Assembly (NCBI GenBank): GCA_964016885.1
Contig: OZ024764.1
Span: 11,222,001 to 11,286,000, forward strand
Direction of reading: 5' to 3'
DNA: 64,000 bases
From: Eledone cirrhosa
Taxonomy: Eukaryota
Below, piece by piece: positions 56,255-64,000 of the stretch. Below the pieces are notes generated by a model that saw nothing but the letters and a program-made list of their open reading frames with translations, did not search any database and had not been told where the DNA came from. The stretch's first letter is position 1, and each line of letters begins with the position of its first letter. Position numbers and translations under genes: made by a program.

Positions 56255-58250
56255 TTATATCAAGGCCTCCTTAGTGTTGGTGATATACACAATAAACACA
56301 CCCAGTACACTCTGTAAAGTAGTTGGTTTTAGGAAGGGCATCCAACCATAGAAAGCTTGCTATACAGAGGGTCGGGCGGACGCATCAGTTTGTGTCAAGG
56401 CCATGACACCCTCCCTAGTGTTGGTGGTATATTTGATAAACACACCCAGTACTCTCTGTAAAGTAGTTGGTTTTAGGAAGGGCATCCAACCATAGAAAGC
56501 TTGCCAAACAAAGGCTGGGTGGACCCTTCTGTTTGTGTCAAGGCCATGACAGCCTCCTTAGTGTTGGTGGTATATTTGATAAACACACCCAGTACTCTCT
56601 GTAAAGTGGTTGGTGATAGGAAGGGCATTCATCCATAGAAAGCTTGCCAAACAAAGGGCTGGGCGGACCCTTCTGTTTGTGTCAAGGCCATGACAGCCTC
56701 CTTAGTGTTGGTGGTATATTTGATAAACACACCCAGTACTCTCTGTAAAGTGGTTGGTGATAGGAAGGGCATTCATCCATAGAAAGCTTGCCAAACAAAG
56801 GGCTGGGCGGACCCTTCTGTTTGTGTCAAGGCCATGACAGCCTCCTTAGTGTTGGTGGTATATTTGATAAACACACCCAGTACTCTCTGTAAAGTGGTTG
56901 GTGATAGGAAGGGCATTCATCCATAGAAGCTTGCCAAACAAAGGGCTGGGCGGACCCTTCTGTTGTGTCAAGGCCATGACGGCCTCCCTAGTTTTGGTGG
57001 TATATTTGATAAACACACCCAGTACTCTCTGTAAAGTGGTTGGTGATAGGAAGGGCATCCAACCATAGAAAGCTTGCTATACAAAGGATCGGGTGGACCC
57101 TTCTGTTTGTGTCAAGGCCATGACGGCCTCCCTAGTTTTGGTGGTATATTTGATAAACACACCCAGTACTCTCTGTAAAGTGGTTGGTGATAGGAAGGGC
57201 ATTCATCCATAGAAAGCTTGCCAAACAAAGGGCTGGGCGGACCCTTCTGTTTGTGTCAAGGCCATGACGGCCTCCTAGTTTTGGTGGTATATTTGATAAA
57301 CACACCCAGTACTCTCTGTAAAGTGGTTGGTGATAGGAAGGGCATCCAACCATAGAAAGCTTGCTATACAAAGGATCGGGTGGACCCTTCTGTTTGTGTC
57401 AAGGCCATGACGGCCTCCCTAGTTTTGGTGGTATATTTGATAAACACACCCAGTTACTCTCTGTAAAGTGGTTGGTGATAGGAAGGGCATTCATCCATAG
57501 AAAGCTTGCCAAACAAAGGGCTGGCGGACCCTTCTGTTTGTGTCAAGGCCATGACGGCCTCCCTAGTTTTGGTGGTATATTTGATAAACACACCCAGTAC
57601 TCTCTGTAAAGTGGTTGGTGATAGGAAGGGCATCCAGCCATAGAAAGCTTGCTATACAAAGGATCGGGTGGACCCATCAGTTTTGTGTCAAGGCCATGAC
57701 GGCCTCCCTAGTTTTGGTGGTATATTTGATAAACACACCCAGTACTCTCTGTAAAGTGGTTGGTGATAGGAAGGGCATTCATCCATAGAAAGCTTGCCAA
57801 ACAAAGGGCTGGGCGGACCCTTCTGTTTGTGTCAAGGCCATGACGGCCTCCTTAGTGTTGGCGGTATATTTGATAAACACACCCAGTACTCTCTGTAAAG
57901 TGGTTGGTGATAGGAAGGGCATCCAACCATAGAAAGCTTGCTATACAGAGGGTCGGGCGGACACATCAGTTTGTGTCAAGGCCATGACACCCTCCCTAGT
58001 GTTGGTGGTATATTTGATAAACACACCCAGTACTCTCTGTAAAGTGGTTGGTGATAGGAGGGCATCCAACCATAGAAAGCTTGCTATACAGAGGGTCGGG
58101 CGGACACATCAGTTTCGTGTCAAGGCCATGACACCCTCCCTAGTGTTGGTGGTATATTTGATAAACACACCCAGTACTCTCTGTAAAGTGGTTGGTGATA
58201 GGAAGGGCATCCAGCCATAGAAAGCTTGCCAAAGAAAGGTTTGGAGGACC
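56255..58250. repeat. ~144-bp tandem satellite (~14 units) containing the Meta-like SINE domain
   Basis: Period 144 (aaacacaccc at 56581, 56725). Unit contains ctgtaaagtggttggtgataggaagggcatcca..catagaaa, homologous to SINE A 738-781. Confidence 0.93.
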
Positions 58251-58253
58251 CTC

Positions 58254-58450
58254 AATAATTGTTTCTTACATTTGGCACAAGGCCAGCAATTACCCCAGTG
58301 CATTACTGGTACTTTATTTTATCCCACCCCGTAAGGATGGAAGGCAAAGTCAACCTCGGCGGGATTTGAACTCAGATTGTTAAGGGACGTAACTATGCTT
58401 CAATGCATGGCGTCCGACCCTCTACCGATACTGCCAATCCACCGGCCCTT
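58254..58450 (-). mobile_element. SINE family B copy
   Basis: Family B sequence; its head is amplified in the adjacent array. Confidence 0.88.
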
Positions 58451-59048
58451 GCATGGCGTCCGACCCTTTACCGATGCTGCCAATCCACCGGCCCTTACAT
58501 GGTGTCCGACCTTCTACCGATGCTGCCAATCCACCGGCCCTTACATGGCGTCCGACCCTTTACCGATGCTGCCAATCCACTGGCCCTTGCATGGCGTCCG
58601 ACCCTCTACCGATACTGCCAATCCACCGGCCCTTACATGGTGTCCGACCCTTTACCGATGCTGCCAATCCACCGGCCCTTACATGGTGTCCGACCCTCTA
58701 CCGATGCTGCCAATCCACCGGCCCTTACATGGCGTCCGACCCTTTACCGATGCTGCCAATCCACTGGCCCTGCATGGCGTCCGACCCTCTACCGATACTG
58801 CCAATCCACCGGCCCTTACATGGTGTCCGACCCTTTACCGATGCTGCCAATCCACCGGCCCTTGCATGGCGTCCGACCCTTTACCGATGCTGCCAATCCA
58901 CCGGCCCTTACATGGTGTCCGACCCTTTACCGATGCTGCCAATCCACCGGCCCTTACATGGTGTCCGACCCTTTACCGATGCTGCCAATCCACCGGCCCT
59001 TACATGGTGTCCGACCCTTTACCGATGCTGCCAATCCACCGGCCCTTA
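58405..59048. repeat. 46-bp tandem array (~14 units) of the SINE B 5' head
   Basis: Period 46 (catgg at 58406, 58452, 58498). Unit is the reverse complement of ggtggattggcag(t/c)atcggtagagggtcggacgccatg. Confidence 0.95.
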
Positions 59049-59534
59049 CCTCAGCAATAATAACGCTTCCTGTTTTTGAAATTTTGGTTCAAATCCAACA
59101 ATTTGTCACTGGGAGTTGAACTCTCTAACTTTGGATCGTGAGTTGAACAGCTCTAACCACTAAGTCACATGCTTTTACGAGGAGGAGGAGGGGGTGGAGA
59201 AAAAGAGGGGAATGAGAGGAGAGATAAGGAGGAAGGGGTGGTGGAGAAAAAAAGGAGGAATGGGGGGAGGGGGAGGAAGGGGAGGAGAAGGAAGAAGCGC
59301 AAGGAGGGAAGAGAAAGGAAAGCGACAAGTTTATTATTGAAGAAAGTATAAGACGGGGGGAGGGGGGTGAAGGGGAGGAGAGGGTTAGGGGGGACACAGA
59401 GGGTAGAAGATTCATTAAATTAAATGTTAATGAAGATGTTAATTAGCTTATTCGTTGAGAAATATTTTCCCTGTGTTTTCTGCAGTTTAAAATTTATAAT
59501 TTAGTGTTTAAAATGGAGTGTCACAACCATCTTA

Positions 59535-59536
59535 GC

Positions 59537-59582
<46 letters not shown>

Positions 59583-60462
59583 GTTGTCATCGTTGTCATT
59601 GTAATCATCATTGTCATCATCATAACCATCATCACCATCATCATCATTGTAACCACCATCTTAACCATCATCACCATCATCATCATCATTATCATAATTG
59701 ACACCATCATCACCATCATCATTATCATCATCACCGTCATTGTCATCAGCATCATCATCATCATCATCATGATCCCCGACCATCACTACCCCCTCCTTCA
59801 TCATCATCATCATCATCATCCCCCACCTCCATCATCATCATCATCATCACCCTTTACATCATCACATTAACCACACACAGCCACCACCACCACCAGCACC
59901 GCACCCAACACTACCACCACCGCACCCAACACTACCAACACCACCACCAATACCACCACCGCCAACGCCGCCACCACCACCACCACCACCAATACCACCA
60001 CCGCTGCCGCCACTACTGCCACCACCACTACCACCACTGCCGCCACCACCACCACTACCAACACCAGCACCACTAACACCACCACCACCACAGCCACCAT
60101 CACCAATACAACCACCACCACCATCACCACTACCACCACTACCGCCACCACCACCTCCACCAATACCACCACCACCGCCAACACCACCACCACAACCACC
60201 ATCACCAATACAACCACCACCGCCAACACCACTACCACCACTGCCGCCACCACCACCACCACCAATACCACCACCACTGCCGCCACTACTGCCACCACCA
60301 ATACCACCACCACCGCCAACACCACCACCACAACCACCATCACCAATACCACCACCACTGCCGCCACCACCACCACCACCGCCACCAATACCACCAACAC
60401 CACCACCACCACCAATACCACCACCACCACCACCACTACCACCACCACCACCACCACTGCCA
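59535..60462. repeat. (CAT)n and (CAC)n tracts
   Basis: Direct inspection. Confidence 0.92.
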
Positions 60463-60519
60463 TAAACGGCGAAGCCATCATTTTGTCATCAATTTCCCAA
60501 TTACCCATCACCGCCACTG

Positions 60520-64000
<3,481 letters not shown>

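Overview
AT-rich eukaryotic (animal) non-coding DNA, intergenic or deep-intronic, with no credible host protein-coding gene; nearly every ORF in the track is a translation of (TA)n/(CA)n/(CAC)n/(GAA)n simple repeats or satellites. The repeat families look like those of octopus/coleoid cephalopods (inference from remembered sequences, not verified). Contents: (1) two young tRNA-derived SINE families, one with CORE-like plus Meta-like domains and an RTE-type tail, one with a Nin/Deu-like domain; (2) 5'-truncated RTE and L1/Tx1-type LINE ends, including an RTE with a twin-priming-type inversion and an RTE whose tail is shared with a SINE; (3) TTAA-flanked piggyBac-type MITEs, a TA-inserted Tc1/pogo-type element and a non-autonomous Helitron; (4) at least eight tandem arrays (units of 46, 65, 72, 77, 95, 115, ~144 and ~149 bp), most traceable to a sub-segment of a neighbouring transposon; (5) a dense set of minimal type I hammerhead-ribozyme motifs, several inside long fold-back palindromes next to (TA)n tracts, probably derived from Penelope-like elements. 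Small unique islands contain candidate non-coding exons (one with recursive-splice-site geometry), a 7-bp-periodic array of nuclear-receptor half-sites and a triple CCAAT cluster. All folds and alignments were done by eye.
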